DNA from: Azolla caroliniana
Lineage: Eukaryota > Plantae > Polypodiophyta
Direction: 5' to 3'
Length of the DNA stretch: 64,000 bases
Assembly (NCBI GenBank): GCA_043228905.1
Contig: JBHGNT010000007.1
Coordinates: 9,238,001-9,302,000, forward strand
The notes under the pieces were generated by a model that was given only the letters and a program-made list of their open reading frames with translations, was not told the DNA's origin and did no database searches. Numbering within the stretch: the first letter of the stretch is position 1; each line of letters begins with the position of its first letter. Positions 12,002-23,699 of the stretch are shown here, one piece after another. Both the position numbers and the translations under genes were made by a program.

Positions 12002-13975
12002 ATGAGAAATAACAGAGGATTGGCCCTAGCCAAGAACACATTCCATGAAGATGTTGTGGATAAAGGTATGCTTGGGAAGAATTCTCTTCCCAGAAATAAT
12101 ACCATAATCAGTATGTTTGCCAAGCAAGGATTACTAGCAAAATCCCATCAAATCCTTGATAATCTTCCTCGAAGAGATCTAGTCTCTTGGAACGCATTGA
12201 TCTCAGGCTATGTTCATCATGAGAAAGCAGAAGAAGCTCTCAACTGTTTCTACCAAATGCAATATGAAGGTATTTCTCCGGGGCCGGTTACTTTTTCTTG
12301 CATCTTGAAAGCTTGTGGGAACATTATGGATGTTGAAAAAGGTTCGAAAATCCATGAAGAGATAGTGAGAAAGAATTTGCTCGAGGGTGATCATGTTCTA
12401 GGTACCTCATTAGTGGATATGTATGTGAAATGTGGTATGCTGGAGAAGGCGAGAAAAGCACTTGGCCACATAAATGTCCGTGATGTGGCATCTTGGAATG
12501 CATTGATTGGTGGGTATGCCCATGAAGGGAAAGGTCAGGTAGCAATCACATGTTTCCATGAGATGCAAAGAGAGGGTATCTCCCCGGATGCAGTTACTTT
12601 CACTTGCATATTGAAAGCTTGTTCGAGTATCGGTGCCATTGACAAAGGTGAAGAAATTCACACTAAACTCCTATCTAATAATGTGTTTCTTCATACTGAG
12701 AATATCGTGCTCTCCACTGCTCTCATGGATATGTATGCCAAATGTGGTATGCTTGCAAAAGCCAGGAAAATACTAGATGAGCTTCCCTTCCGTAATACAG
12801 TGTCTTGGAATGTGCTGATTGCAGAGTATGCTCAACAAGGGCAATGTGAAGAAGCCCTAGAGTGTTTTCGACATATGCAGACTGATAATGTACCTCCCGA
12901 TGCAATTACTTTAGCTTGCATGTTAAAAGTGTATGGACACACCGGCGCAGTCATAGAAGGAAAGCAAATCCATGATGAGAGTATCAAGAGGGGTTTTTTC
13001 CATAAGAGTGTGGTACTTGCAAGTGCATTGGTGGATATGTATGCCAAATGTGGTGCACTAGAGAGAGCACAAGAAGTTTTCGATGAACTAGTCTGTGTTA
13101 GAAATGTGGTCTCTTGGACTGCCCTCATTGCTGGATATGTGCAAGAAGAGAAAAACGAAGAAGCATTTAGATGTTTTGGACAAATGCAAAATGAAGGCAT
13201 TTGTGGAGATACAGTCACCTTTGGTTGCATTCTGAAGGCATGTGGCAATACTGGGGCAATTGAGAAAGGTGAACAAATCTACAATGAGATTATCAATATG
13301 TTTAGAGACTCTTTGCATAAAAACTTGGTTCTTGGAACTGCATTGGTTGATATGTATGCCAAATGTGGTATGCTAAAGAAAGCTCGAAATGTCCTCAATC
13401 ATCACCTTGTATTGGATGTAGCCCCTTGGAATGCTCTCATCATGGGTTATTCTCAACAAGGTCAACATGGAGAGGCCTTAAAATGCTTTGAATTGATGAT
13501 ACAGAAAGGCATATCTCCAGATGTTGTGACCTTCCTTTCGGTTCTCAATGCATGTAGTCTATCAGGGCTCCTGGATGAGGCTGAAAAGCATTTCTTGGAC
13601 ATGCCGAATAAATATGGTATAAGGCCAAACTTGCACCATTATACATGTATGGTTAATGCTTTTGGACGTGTCGGGTACTTCGACAAAGTGATGGAAACAA
13701 TTAAGATGATGCCGTCTTGTGATTATCTTCCTCTTTGGCATGCACTGTTAAGTGCTTGTAGTAAATGGGGAAATGTGGAACTTGGGAGGATGGCATTCAA
13801 TAATGCAATAAAAATTGATAATGATGATGCTCCAGCTTATGTCCTTATGGCCAACATTTATGCCGAAGCTAACATGCATGAAGATGCAGAGAAAATCAAA
13901 GTCATGCTAGTGGAAACCTCGGGTTTGCCGGAACCAAGGAAACAAAGTTTTGGTCAGTGGCAACGAGGTTGCTGA
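12002..13975 (+). CDS. Pentatricopeptide repeat protein, PLS class with E domain (organellar RNA-editing factor type)
   Basis: Repeated P-L-S triplets (VSWNALI.GY / PDAVTF.CILKAC / LVDMYAKCG), then HYTCMV..FGR.G, WHALLSACSKWGNVELG and AYVLMANIY E motifs. No DYW domain. Intronless; start codon uncertain. Confidence 0.93.
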   Translation: MRNNRGLALAKNTFHEDVVDKGMLGKNSLPRNNTIISMFAKQGLLAKSHQILDNLPRRDLVSWNALISGYVHHEKAEEALNCFYQMQYEGISPGPVTFSCILKACGNIMDVEKGSKIHEEIVRKNLLEGDHVLGTSLVDMYVKCGMLEKARKALGHINVRDVASWNALIGGYAHEGKGQVAITCFHEMQREGISPDAVTFTCILKACSSIGAIDKGEEIHTKLLSNNVFLHTENIVLSTALMDMYAKCGMLAKARKILDELPFRNTVSWNVLIAEYAQQGQCEEALECFRHMQTDNVPPDAITLACMLKVYGHTGAVIEGKQIHDESIKRGFFHKSVVLASALVDMYAKCGALERAQEVFDELVCVRNVVSWTALIAGYVQEEKNEEAFRCFGQMQNEGICGDTVTFGCILKACGNTGAIEKGEQIYNEIINMFRDSLHKNLVLGTALVDMYAKCGMLKKARNVLNHHLVLDVAPWNALIMGYSQQGQHGEALKCFELMIQKGISPDVVTFLSVLNACSLSGLLDEAEKHFLDMPNKYGIRPNLHHYTCMVNAFGRVGYFDKVMETIKMMPSCDYLPLWHALLSACSKWGNVELGRMAFNNAIKIDNDDAPAYVLMANIYAEANMHEDAEKIKVMLVETSGLPEPRKQSFGQWQRGC

Positions 13976-15339
13976 TTTTGTTTTTCTGCTGGAGGATATT
14001 ATGGAAGTATACAAATAGACTTGTGAAGAAATTGTGATTATTATCACATCCAAACGTGCAATGTAGCCAACTCAAGTCTATTTAGTCTTCAACGAATATA
14101 CAAATAGAAGTATACAAATAGACTTGTGAAGAAATCTTCAACGGAGAGGCCATAGCAAAGTATTGTATGCTTGGAATGGCAGATTTAGTCACCTAAAAAG
14201 ATTTGGGGGAAGTTGGCATCCTATTCATGGTAAGGAAAATTCAAGTGCATTTGTTGATTTATGCTTGCAAAGGACTCCCATCCATCAATATATGGCATCG
14301 ATGTGCAGCCAATTTTCATCAATTCGTAGCCATCCATGATGAGCCATAAACAATATAGCCATTGGCTATGAGTATGAAATTCATGGGCTATAATTGTGCA
14401 AAAAAAATGGCAAAAAGCATCATGTGATGCTACCATAAACTTGGTGAAATGTGAACACGACATGGCGCGGCAAATTGAACCAGACATGGATACTTACGAA
14501 CAATATGTAGACATGCCCAAAAACGATAGAATGACAAGCGAGTGAAATTAAAGAATTCATGGATTCTGTCTAATTTTCCCTTTGTGAACACATCAAGGTA
14601 GCACCTCAGCACGACTACTTTGATGACAACATCTTTTTGGCCCCGGTAAGCCATCATCCCAGTATTTTGCGATGCAATAATACTACTGCTTCTCTGCTTT
14701 CTGGTCACATTTGTGCACATAGAGATGCTTCACACATACATGAAGAAGATACCTATGCCTTTACCCATACCCATACCTCTACCTCTGCTTCTACCTCAAC
14801 CTATACCCTTACAATTGTCATATGAATATCATACATTGTTTTAATGATTTTCATTTTTGGGTGGCTATATACTACCCTAAAAAAAGATGAAACTCTTATA
14901 ATTCCTATTTTGCGGTCAAAAGACAATCGGTTTGGGGGGTCAAAAGATGAGAATTCAATCTTGGTGGGTCTCTGTGGGAAGAATGAGTGAATGAATGGTA
15001 TCTTGGATTCCTTTAAGCATGGATTTAAGGTTGTCTTAAATAGAAAGCAGGGGATAATGCTTAGTTCTAAAAATCTAATAAGAAAACTGTCTTTGGAGCA
15101 CCTCTAGATGGTTCAGTTTGTATCCTACAAAAGTTTTCAATGCGATCGGAGAATAGTTGTAGCAATCGAAGAATCATATACTATGCATGGTTTAACTAGG
15201 GCTAGAAATAATTTGTAGCGATGGAAGAATCCTAGCCTATGGCAATCGGATGGACATAATCAAGGTCTCCATCAAGTTCTCCTTAACATGGCTTAATACG
15301 TTGAAGCATCATATGTTCCATTTGGTCTCATGTAAGCTC

Positions 15340-15830
15340 AGCTAAGTTTCCATTCGGTTTGGTTTCTTGGCCTTGAGACTAAACCGAAATGAACCAAACC
15401 ACAAAACCATTTAAACCGAAATCATTCAAATTGAACCCTTACAAAAAATCCAAACTCAAACCAAATGGTTTTAGAGATATTCAAACCGTTAAACCATTAA
15501 ACCATTAAAACCGTGGCTTCGTGGTTCAGTTTCGGTTTTCAAGTTAGGTCAAATTTCAATTTTTCATTTTTCAATTTTTCAATAATTCAAATATTAATTT
15601 TGAAACTTTCAAATATTTTTCCTAAAATGTCAAAATTAGGCTTAAAAATGAAAATGTTGTTCAAAAAATATTTAAGAGAATAATCAAGTGTGGTAATCTA
15701 AACCATGAAACTATTCAAACCGTTGAGCCCCCAAACCAAACCGTTCAAAAACCTGAACCTGAACCAATCTGTTTAAACCGTTAACTCGTTAAGCCGCAGT
15801 TTTGCAGTTTGGTTTGGTTGAGTTGTTGTT
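15340..15830. mobile_element. Degenerate hAT-MITE-like remnant
   Basis: Dense AAACC(G)/CGGTTT motifs resembling 5273-6280. TIR and TSD not identified. Confidence 0.5.
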
Positions 15831-18394
15831 GATTGCAAGTTCCGAGAGGCTTTCTTATTTTAGATCCATGGTTCGTCATACTGCAAAAACAGTTAAATTG
15901 ATTGCGTACATCCTTTAGTTCATGGCCTTCTATCATCCTACTAAATCTAGCTATTGTTCATTTCATATCATTGGTTGGTCATCAAGTTATGTCATTCCCA
16001 CCTGTCTTTGGAAATCCTTTGATTGTGTGTTTTGGCATGTTGTGCCTCAAAACTTGGGGCATTAATTTACCATTTTGCCATAGGTTGTTCTTTAAAATGG
16101 CTCCGTCTTTTTGGCCTTACCTCTTGCCAATAAATATTCCTCAACAAATCATTGGAGGTCTTTGCTCCTTTTCGTTCCATCTTTCCTAATTCCTTTGAAA
16201 TCCCTAACCCTTGACCCAAAGACGCTTGTCTCAAGAATGTGTAACTTTACACACACACACATGCATATACATGTGTGTGTGTAATTTTGTAATTGTGGAA
16301 GAGTGTCAATGTGAATGTTTTAGAGTGACATTTTTATGAGTAAATTGTTAATTTGCATGACTCACATGAAAAAAGAAAACTTCAAAGAGTTTTTTTTTTT
16401 CCAAAAACAACTCATTCCATTAGTTATAAAATTTTACATGTGAGATTAATATATACAAATCCATGTAGGGACGCGATAGGTCCATCTTATGTGGATGCCC
16501 ACCGACTCAATAAAGGGGGAGGTCGACCATTGCTAGATGAAGGCTAGTCGTTGTCTTTCAACTCCATCGGAGTTGCCCTTGAGGCCATCATATTAGCTTT
16601 TTAGCGTGGCTACAACTTCACTCATATCTCTTGCATTAAACTATTGGTTGCACGGTTTGGTTGGAGAAGACTCGTCTACACCATTGTTTCCATAGAGTCT
16701 ACACCAATTCCAACACAACTTGAGATTTAGCATTGATAGGAGTTGAGTGGACATTGTTGATGGTGGAGAAAAAAACCTATTGTGCTTTTATGACCAAAAC
16801 CATCCCCTCCTCCTGATGCTCGTATTTGTCAAGTAGGGCCTACCATGATAGCCAACATATATTTCCCCACTTGATTAAGCCTTGCACCTGGCATAATTGC
16901 AATAAGTGGCCAACCCCTACCATATTCGATGGGACTCTGGGCAGTCCCACAAAGCGCGTCAGATTGATTCTATTGCATTTGTGCACGCTACACAATTAGG
17001 AGAGCTAAGGTTCCCACGTTGCCATGCACCAACCGGTAGTGACCTATGTATTAATAGCCATTGGAAAGTGGTGATTCGTCGTGCGTGTTGTTGTTTCTAG
17101 ATTTGTTTCCAAAACTTGGTGATAATTGTGTGAGGAACATAATATGTATGCCAGACCTTTGCAGCAGCCGACTCTCGGGCGGTTTGAGCCGCTAGAATAT
17201 GCCGACCCAATCCAATTGTGAATTGAGAGAAAGGGATGGGTTTGCTTCCTTGCCCCGCGTAAGGATCATGCCATGTCCATTGCAATGGGTCCCAACTAAC
17301 CTTACGTAGCCATGTGTTTTCGTGAGTACATATGTGCCAATCTAGTTGTATTTTGATAGGATCAGGATCTACAATCCATTTATGCCCAGTATACGCTAGT
17401 ACTCGAATTGCCTTATTCTGTGTTGGTGTCTCATTGTCTTGTGTTGAAGCGGCAAGCTCAACCGGATCCGGATCGGCTGAATAAGCTTGAGCCGGATCGG
17501 TGAGCCGGTGAGCAAGTGAGTCGATGAGCTGGGGAGCCGGTTAGCCGGACCCAATAGTAACCGGAAGCCTAGTAGCAACGTAGACTACTAGGTAGTTAAT
17601 GTCTCGTTTGTGTCAGACGCTCGTGTGAGCATTGAAGTACACCGTACTTTTGTCAGTCCTCTTAGGACTTGTATAAATAGTGTTGTTAAGCACGTTTTAT
17701 GTACAGAGAACTATTATTGTTTTGTAATAGATTTTTGAGTTGTTTTGCTCTCTCTCTCTCTGTCTCTGACATCAGCATTTGAAGACAAACCCTAAGACCC
17801 GGTAAGAACAGAAAGAGAAGTGATGAACAAAGGAATGGCTAGCTCACTCCCGGTGGAGAAGCTCGATAGATCCAACTACGCATCTTGGTCATACAAGATG
17901 CACCAGTACCTGCTTGGGCATGGTTACTGGAGCTATGTCGACGGAGCTAACGAGACAACACCTGATGTGGCAGACAAGGACTTCCCAGTGTGGGAACAAG
18001 AGACAAGCAAAGTGATGTACTGCTTTGTGTCCAATGTCAGAGACTAGCTGCAGAGCCATATCAGAGATGCCAAGACGCCAAAAGAAGCTTGGGGAAACCT
18101 GAAGAAGGTTTTCGCAGCAAGTCACTACGGCTCGGAAGCTACAACTCCGACAGGTGTTGAGCAATGTTCGACAGAAGGACATGTCGGTAGCCGATTACAC
18201 GGCCCGAATAAAAGAGATCTGTGACTCACTTGCCTCTATCAACGCCACTGTAGAGGAAGATGAGATGGTGCAGATCTATCTTGGGGGCCTAGCATCTAAG
18301 TTCAGAGCATTCCAAACGGCGGTATGTACAAGGGAGAATATGCCGTCTTTTTTCGACTTACAATCAATGCTCCTTGTAGAGGAGAACCATGCCG

Positions 18395-18804
18395 TGTTGA
18401 GCGACAAGCTCAACTAGAGCCGGATCGGCTGGATAAGCCTGAGCCGGTGAGCGAGACGGATCGGTAAGCCGGCAAGCAACAAAGCCGGTGAGCTGGGGAG
18501 CCGGTTAGCCGGATCCAATCGGTAACCGAAAGCCTAGTATTAGTTTAGACTACTAGGCAGTTATAGTCTCGTAGTAAGTGTCAGATGCTCGTGTCAGCAT
18601 TGAAGTACGCGGTACTTCTATCAGTCCCACGAGGACTTGTATAAATAGTGATACAGAGCACAACTGTAAGTGACAGAGTGTATATATTGTTTTGAGTAAA
18701 GCTTTTACGTTCTGCTCTGTCTATCTCTCTCGTGTACTCTGTGTATTCTCTGCTTTCTCTGCTTTCTCTGTTTTTTCTAACGCTTCCGCAAGTAATCGTT
18801 TTCA
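18395..18804 (+). mobile_element. Solo LTR (Copia A-related subfamily) inserted in the gag of Copia A
   Basis: TGTTGAGCGACAAGCTCAAC...TTTTCA. Flanks TGCCG / CGCTG are reconcilable as TSD CGCCG after CpG decay. Confidence 0.85.
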
Positions 18805-19199
18805 CGCTGGTGCATCAACATGTCCACCTACCGACAGCCAGTGTCATGGATCATAAGCTCAAGAGACAAGCAAGAAGATAACCAAATGGACAAGAAAGAA
18901 GATAGTATTAAAGGAAAGACTCCATAATTGGTGTTGTTCACCCTTAATTCCTTCAAGGTGAACTCCTCTATTTATACTACATGGCATGCATACTTGTTGC
19001 ACGCATGTGTACCTACATGCATGTGCCAAGTGTAAATACTACAAGGGAGCAACTATGCACATGATGCTAGCAAAATAATACGGACCAATTACATACATAA
19101 CTATGTACTAGATATCTTGGTTAACTCATAATACTAGATTATAACATGGTCGTGTCAAGAGTTCGAATCTTGACATTATCCCCCCTCCTATGCCGCCTT

Positions 19200-22100
19200 C
19201 CCAAATCGGTCGTTGGTTTGTGGGGATATCGGTGATGAAAATCTTAGACGACCTCTGGGGCATTTTGTAAATTTGCCGATGGTTCCCACGTGGCCTCAGA
19301 CATGGGGTAACCCCTCCATAGGACGAGGTATTGCAAGTGTCGACGGTGCCAATGCGAGTCAAGTGGTGGTGGTGGGGCCTGACGTCCTGGGAGTTGTGAA
19401 GCATAATGGGGTTCGAGGAGGGAGACATGAAAAACATCATGAATCCGGAAGTGGGATGGAAGGGCGAGCTGGAAGGCGACGGGATTGATGCACTCGATGA
19501 TACGGAATGGTCCCAACTTCTTGTAATCAAGTTTCGCACATGGACGAGTAGTAGAGATGTGTCGACATAACAACCAGACCATGTCTCCAACGACAAAGTG
19601 TGGAGTGGAAGATCGATGGCGATCAGCTTGCTTCTTGTATCGTTCACTAGCAAGACTAAGCTCCAAGGATAAATCATGATGTAGTTCTTCCAAAATGCGG
19701 GCGCGATCCTCCGCCGAAGGGTTCACGGAAGTGGTAGGAAGGGAAATGTTGAAGCGAGGATGTAAACCATGGTTGGCAAAAAAGGGAGTGACACCAGTCG
19801 ATGCATGGAGAGAATTATTGTAGGCGAATTCCACGAACGAAAGTAAGTTGACCCAATCATCTTGTTGGTAACTAACCGAGCACCGAAGATACTGCTGAAG
19901 GATTTGGTTGACACGCTCCGTTTGCCCGTCAGTTTGGGGGTGATAAGCAGAGGACAACTTGACAGAGATGCCTAAAGTTTGTAGCAGGCGCTGCCAGAAG
20001 TGAGAGACAAACTGGGGTCCGCGATCCGAGATGACATCATTGGGGAGTCCATGCAAGCGTACCACATTGTTGAGTAGTAGATGCACCATTCCTTCTACGG
20101 AAATGGTTTTGGAGCATGGAGTGAAGTGATCCATCTTCGTAAACCGATCGACAACGACCAACACCAAGTCATAGCTATTGACCAAGGGTAGATCAGTTAT
20201 CAGGTCCATAGAGATAGAGGCCCAAGGACGACGAGGACATGGAAGCGGTTGTAGTAAGCCATATGGCCGATGATGAATGGCTTTGGAGCGAGCACAAACC
20301 TCACAACTCTTTATGTATTCTTTGACCAACTTCCATGGTTGTGGCCACCAATACCCCCGAGAGATTAGCTCGAGGGTTTTCGCGACCCCGAAATGACCTG
20401 GAAGTGGGTCATCGTGGCATTCCCGCAACACCCGGGTCCGACATGGGCCCTCTGGGACATATAAGAGATGATCTCGGAACAACAAACCCTCTTGTATGGT
20501 GAAGTTGTCAAGATCCTTCCTTTTGGTCGCCTTGGAGGGGTTTTGCAGACTATCTCGAATCTCGTTGGCGAACGCGTCGGTCTTGGATGCATCAGTGATT
20601 TGTTGGAGTAAAGAATCATCCTGCAACATACAAGTGGCAAAAAGATGCAATTGGTCAGGTTTCAACAAACGTCTAGATTGTTGAGCATAAGCAGCATCCC
20701 TAGGGCGGAGTGCAAGGTCAGCTTGGCGAGAAAGGGCATCAGCCTTCCCATGTTGGCCACCAGGTCGAAATACGATCTCAAAATCGTAGTCGGCGAGAAA
20801 TGTCGACCAACGGGCCTGCCTTCGATTCAAAGTACGAGTGGTGGAAAAATAAACTAAATTTTTATGATCAGTCACTACCTAGACACGATGTTGTGCGCCG
20901 GCCAAGTAGGGTCGCCATTCTTCAAAGGCAGCAATGATAGCAGCAAGCTCCTTGTCGTAAATGGGATAATTGATTTCGGATATCGTAAATTTTCGGGAAT
21001 AGTAAGCCATTGGGTGCATTAGGTTGTTGTCGTCTGCCTGGGATAAGATGGCGCCAATGGCAAAGTCAGAGGCATCGGTTTCGACTTGGAAGGGTTTTGT
21101 GGGGTCGGCATGTAGCAGCACCGGGGCAGTGATGAATGCGTGTTTGAGTGAGTCGAACACATTTTGCGCCTCCGAGGTCCATAAAAATGGAGTGCCTTTA
21201 TGGGTGAGAGCGATAAGAGGTTGTGCTAGGGTGGAAAACCCCTTGATGAAGTGACGGTAAAAATTCGCGAAGCCGAGGAAGGATTGCACATCTTTAAGTC
21301 GCCCTGGAGTCGCCCATGCCTGAATGACAAAGACCTTCTTCATATCCATGGTGATGCCAGTGGGCGAGATGATGTAGCCCAGAAATTCGATCGAGGTACG
21401 GTCGAACTCGCATTTCTCGCCTTTGGCATAAAGGCCATGCTCGCGAAGTTTGGCAAGAACTAATCGGACTTGGCGAGTGTGCTCCTCCATGTTTGGCGAG
21501 AAAATAAGAATATCATCGAGGTAAATGACAACAAAAAGATCAAGATATTCCCGGAATATATCGTTCATCATATGTTGAAAAATTGTGGGAGCGTTAGTAA
21601 GACCAAAAGACATTACCTTGTATTCGAAATGCCCATACCGTGTTCGAAATGCGGTTTTCCATTCATCCCCCGGCTTGATGCGTACTAGATTGTACGCTCC
21701 ACGTAGATCAACTTTGGAGAAGACACGCGCAATTCGGAGCCAATCAAGGAGTTCGGGGATCATAGGTAGTTGATAGCGGTTGCGCACAGTGAGTTTGTTG
21801 AGACCTCGATAGTCGACGCATAAGCATAGAGAGCCGTCCTTCTTCTTCACAAATAAAATGGGGGCCCCGGCTGGTGACTTAGAAGGTTGAATAAATCCTT
21901 TCTCGAGGTTCTCATCGAGATACACACAAAGGGCCTTCAACTCTGGTGCAGACAACGCATATAGAGGACCAAAGGGTGGACACGCACCTTCTTGAAGATC
22001 AATCGGACAGTCGTAGAGCCGGTGGTCATGCAAACGATCAGTATTACATTTTTCAAATACGTCGGAGAAGTGTTGGTATTTTTCGGGAATAACATGGAGT

Positions 22101-23663
22101 GTGTTAGAAATGGCGCCACAAACAAACCCATCCTGGACCGATGATGGGATAGTCAATTCGGAGTCGACCGTCTCTGAAGGATAGGAAACTGAATTTACCT
22201 TCATACTTTTGCACGAGCATCTTGGCTTGCTAAATGTGATCGAGCGGTTGCACCAATCCACTATTGGATTGTGCACCTCCAACCACGTTAGTCCTAAGAC
22301 GATCGGATGTCGAGGAGATGCGATGAGGTAAAAGGCGAGCTCCTCCTAGTGCGAGCCCGCCCGAAGCCCTAATGGGATTGTAGCTTGAGTAATTGCACCT
22401 GACGAGAGGACGCACCCGTCGATGGCTTCAACTGGAATGGGTTTTGAGAGGCCAACGACAGGTACGCCATGTGCTTGGGCAAACGCGACATCGATGAAGC
22501 AAGAAGATGCCCCAGAATCAAGTAAAGCAAGAGACTGAATGGAACTAGAGTTAAACAAAAGCCATACCTCCAATGTGAAATTGCTTGATGGTCCGGCAAT
22601 GGAACCAAGAGAATGTGGGCGACGGGAGATGTCCAGTTGCATGGATCCTACTGCAACCGAACGATGTCGTTTTCCGGATGTTGGGGTCCATTAGCTCGAT
22701 GTATTTGTGGGCGAGTACTCCTAGGACAATGGCGAATGACATGACCGGAGGCGCCACAATACATGCACAAGCCATTAGCCCGCCGAAATTGTCGTTCAGC
22801 ATCAGTCAATGGCCAAAATCGGGCTTGATCAATTTCCATGGGGATAGGAGCATCTGCCAAAGTAGGCGAGTGTGAGGATGCCTGGGGTTGTATGACCGGG
22901 GCGTGGCGTGGAAGTGAATGAGGTGGAACCCAAGTCCGGCGCTCTTCTTGGCGAAATTCGAAAAGACGATTGTCACAATGGACTGCTTGTGAAATCGCTT
23001 GGGATAACGAGGTGGGCTCCGGAAAGTTTTAGAGAAGATTCTTGACATTGCTTCGAAGGCCGCACCAAAAGTGATCAGCTAAAGCTTGATCATCCCAATT
23101 GACGTCGCATGCTAGTTGTCGAAATTCTTAAGCATAGACCGAAGTTGCACGCGAACCTTGTTCGAGTGCATAAATCTTGTTAAGAGTTGTACGTCGTCGG
23201 TCCGTCTCTCCAAATGTGGCCTCTAACTCGGCAAGGAAGGCGGGAAAGTCCTCCAATAGAGGTGACGAGGTTTCTACCAATGGTGCAAACCAAGCTGGGC
23301 CGGACCGGAGAGAAGGGTGCCCACAAGGCCGACTTGTCGAAGACCATCTCCATAACATTGAGGTTGTAGCCGAATGATAAGTCGAACTTGGTTGATGAAC
23401 CCTCGGAAACGCGACCTCATTCCATCAAATTTTTCTGGGAGGCTAACCTTAGGCTCAAGAAACTGTGACGAAGCTAGGCTAGATGTTGGTAGAAGATTGG
23501 GTTCTAGGCTAGGTTGTTGTGGGAGACTAGGGTTCGGGGGTTGTGAGGATAGGGAGGTACCGACCTGAAGTTCTTGTAAAGAATTTCGAAGAACTTCATT
23601 TTCAAGCTGTAGTTGTCGTAAGGCTACCATTATTTGTCCTAACTCACTAGTTGAGGCGGACAT
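19200..23663 (-). pseudogene. Gypsy gag-pol with chromodomain, a few stops and frameshifts
   Basis: gag CMYCGASGHVIRHC, PR LLDSGASSCFI, RT YLDDILIFS, RH ETDASDFAIG, INT HDDP..GHFG / DRGPQF / TDGQTER, GPF motif, chromodomain QYLVLWRGYPMSEATWEP (N-terminal part deleted). Confidence 0.92.
22631..22675 (-). promoter_or_regulatory. Putative -1 ribosomal frameshift signal between gag and pol
   Basis: G GAA AAC, 7-nt spacer, then a 10-bp stem. The -1 frame reads RHRSVAVGSMQLD into the protease ORF. Confidence 0.7.
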
Positions 23664-23699
23664 AGCTATGGCTTATGAGAGGGAGAGCTATGAGGATGG

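Noticed and set aside
14140-14830. Possible DYW deaminase remnant downstream of the PPR gene
   Set aside because: No HSE, CxxC or DYW motif found in the frames read.
18805-18820. TCAACA at 18820 as the solo-LTR end
   Set aside because: It is host gag sequence (GAST); the LTR ends at 18804.
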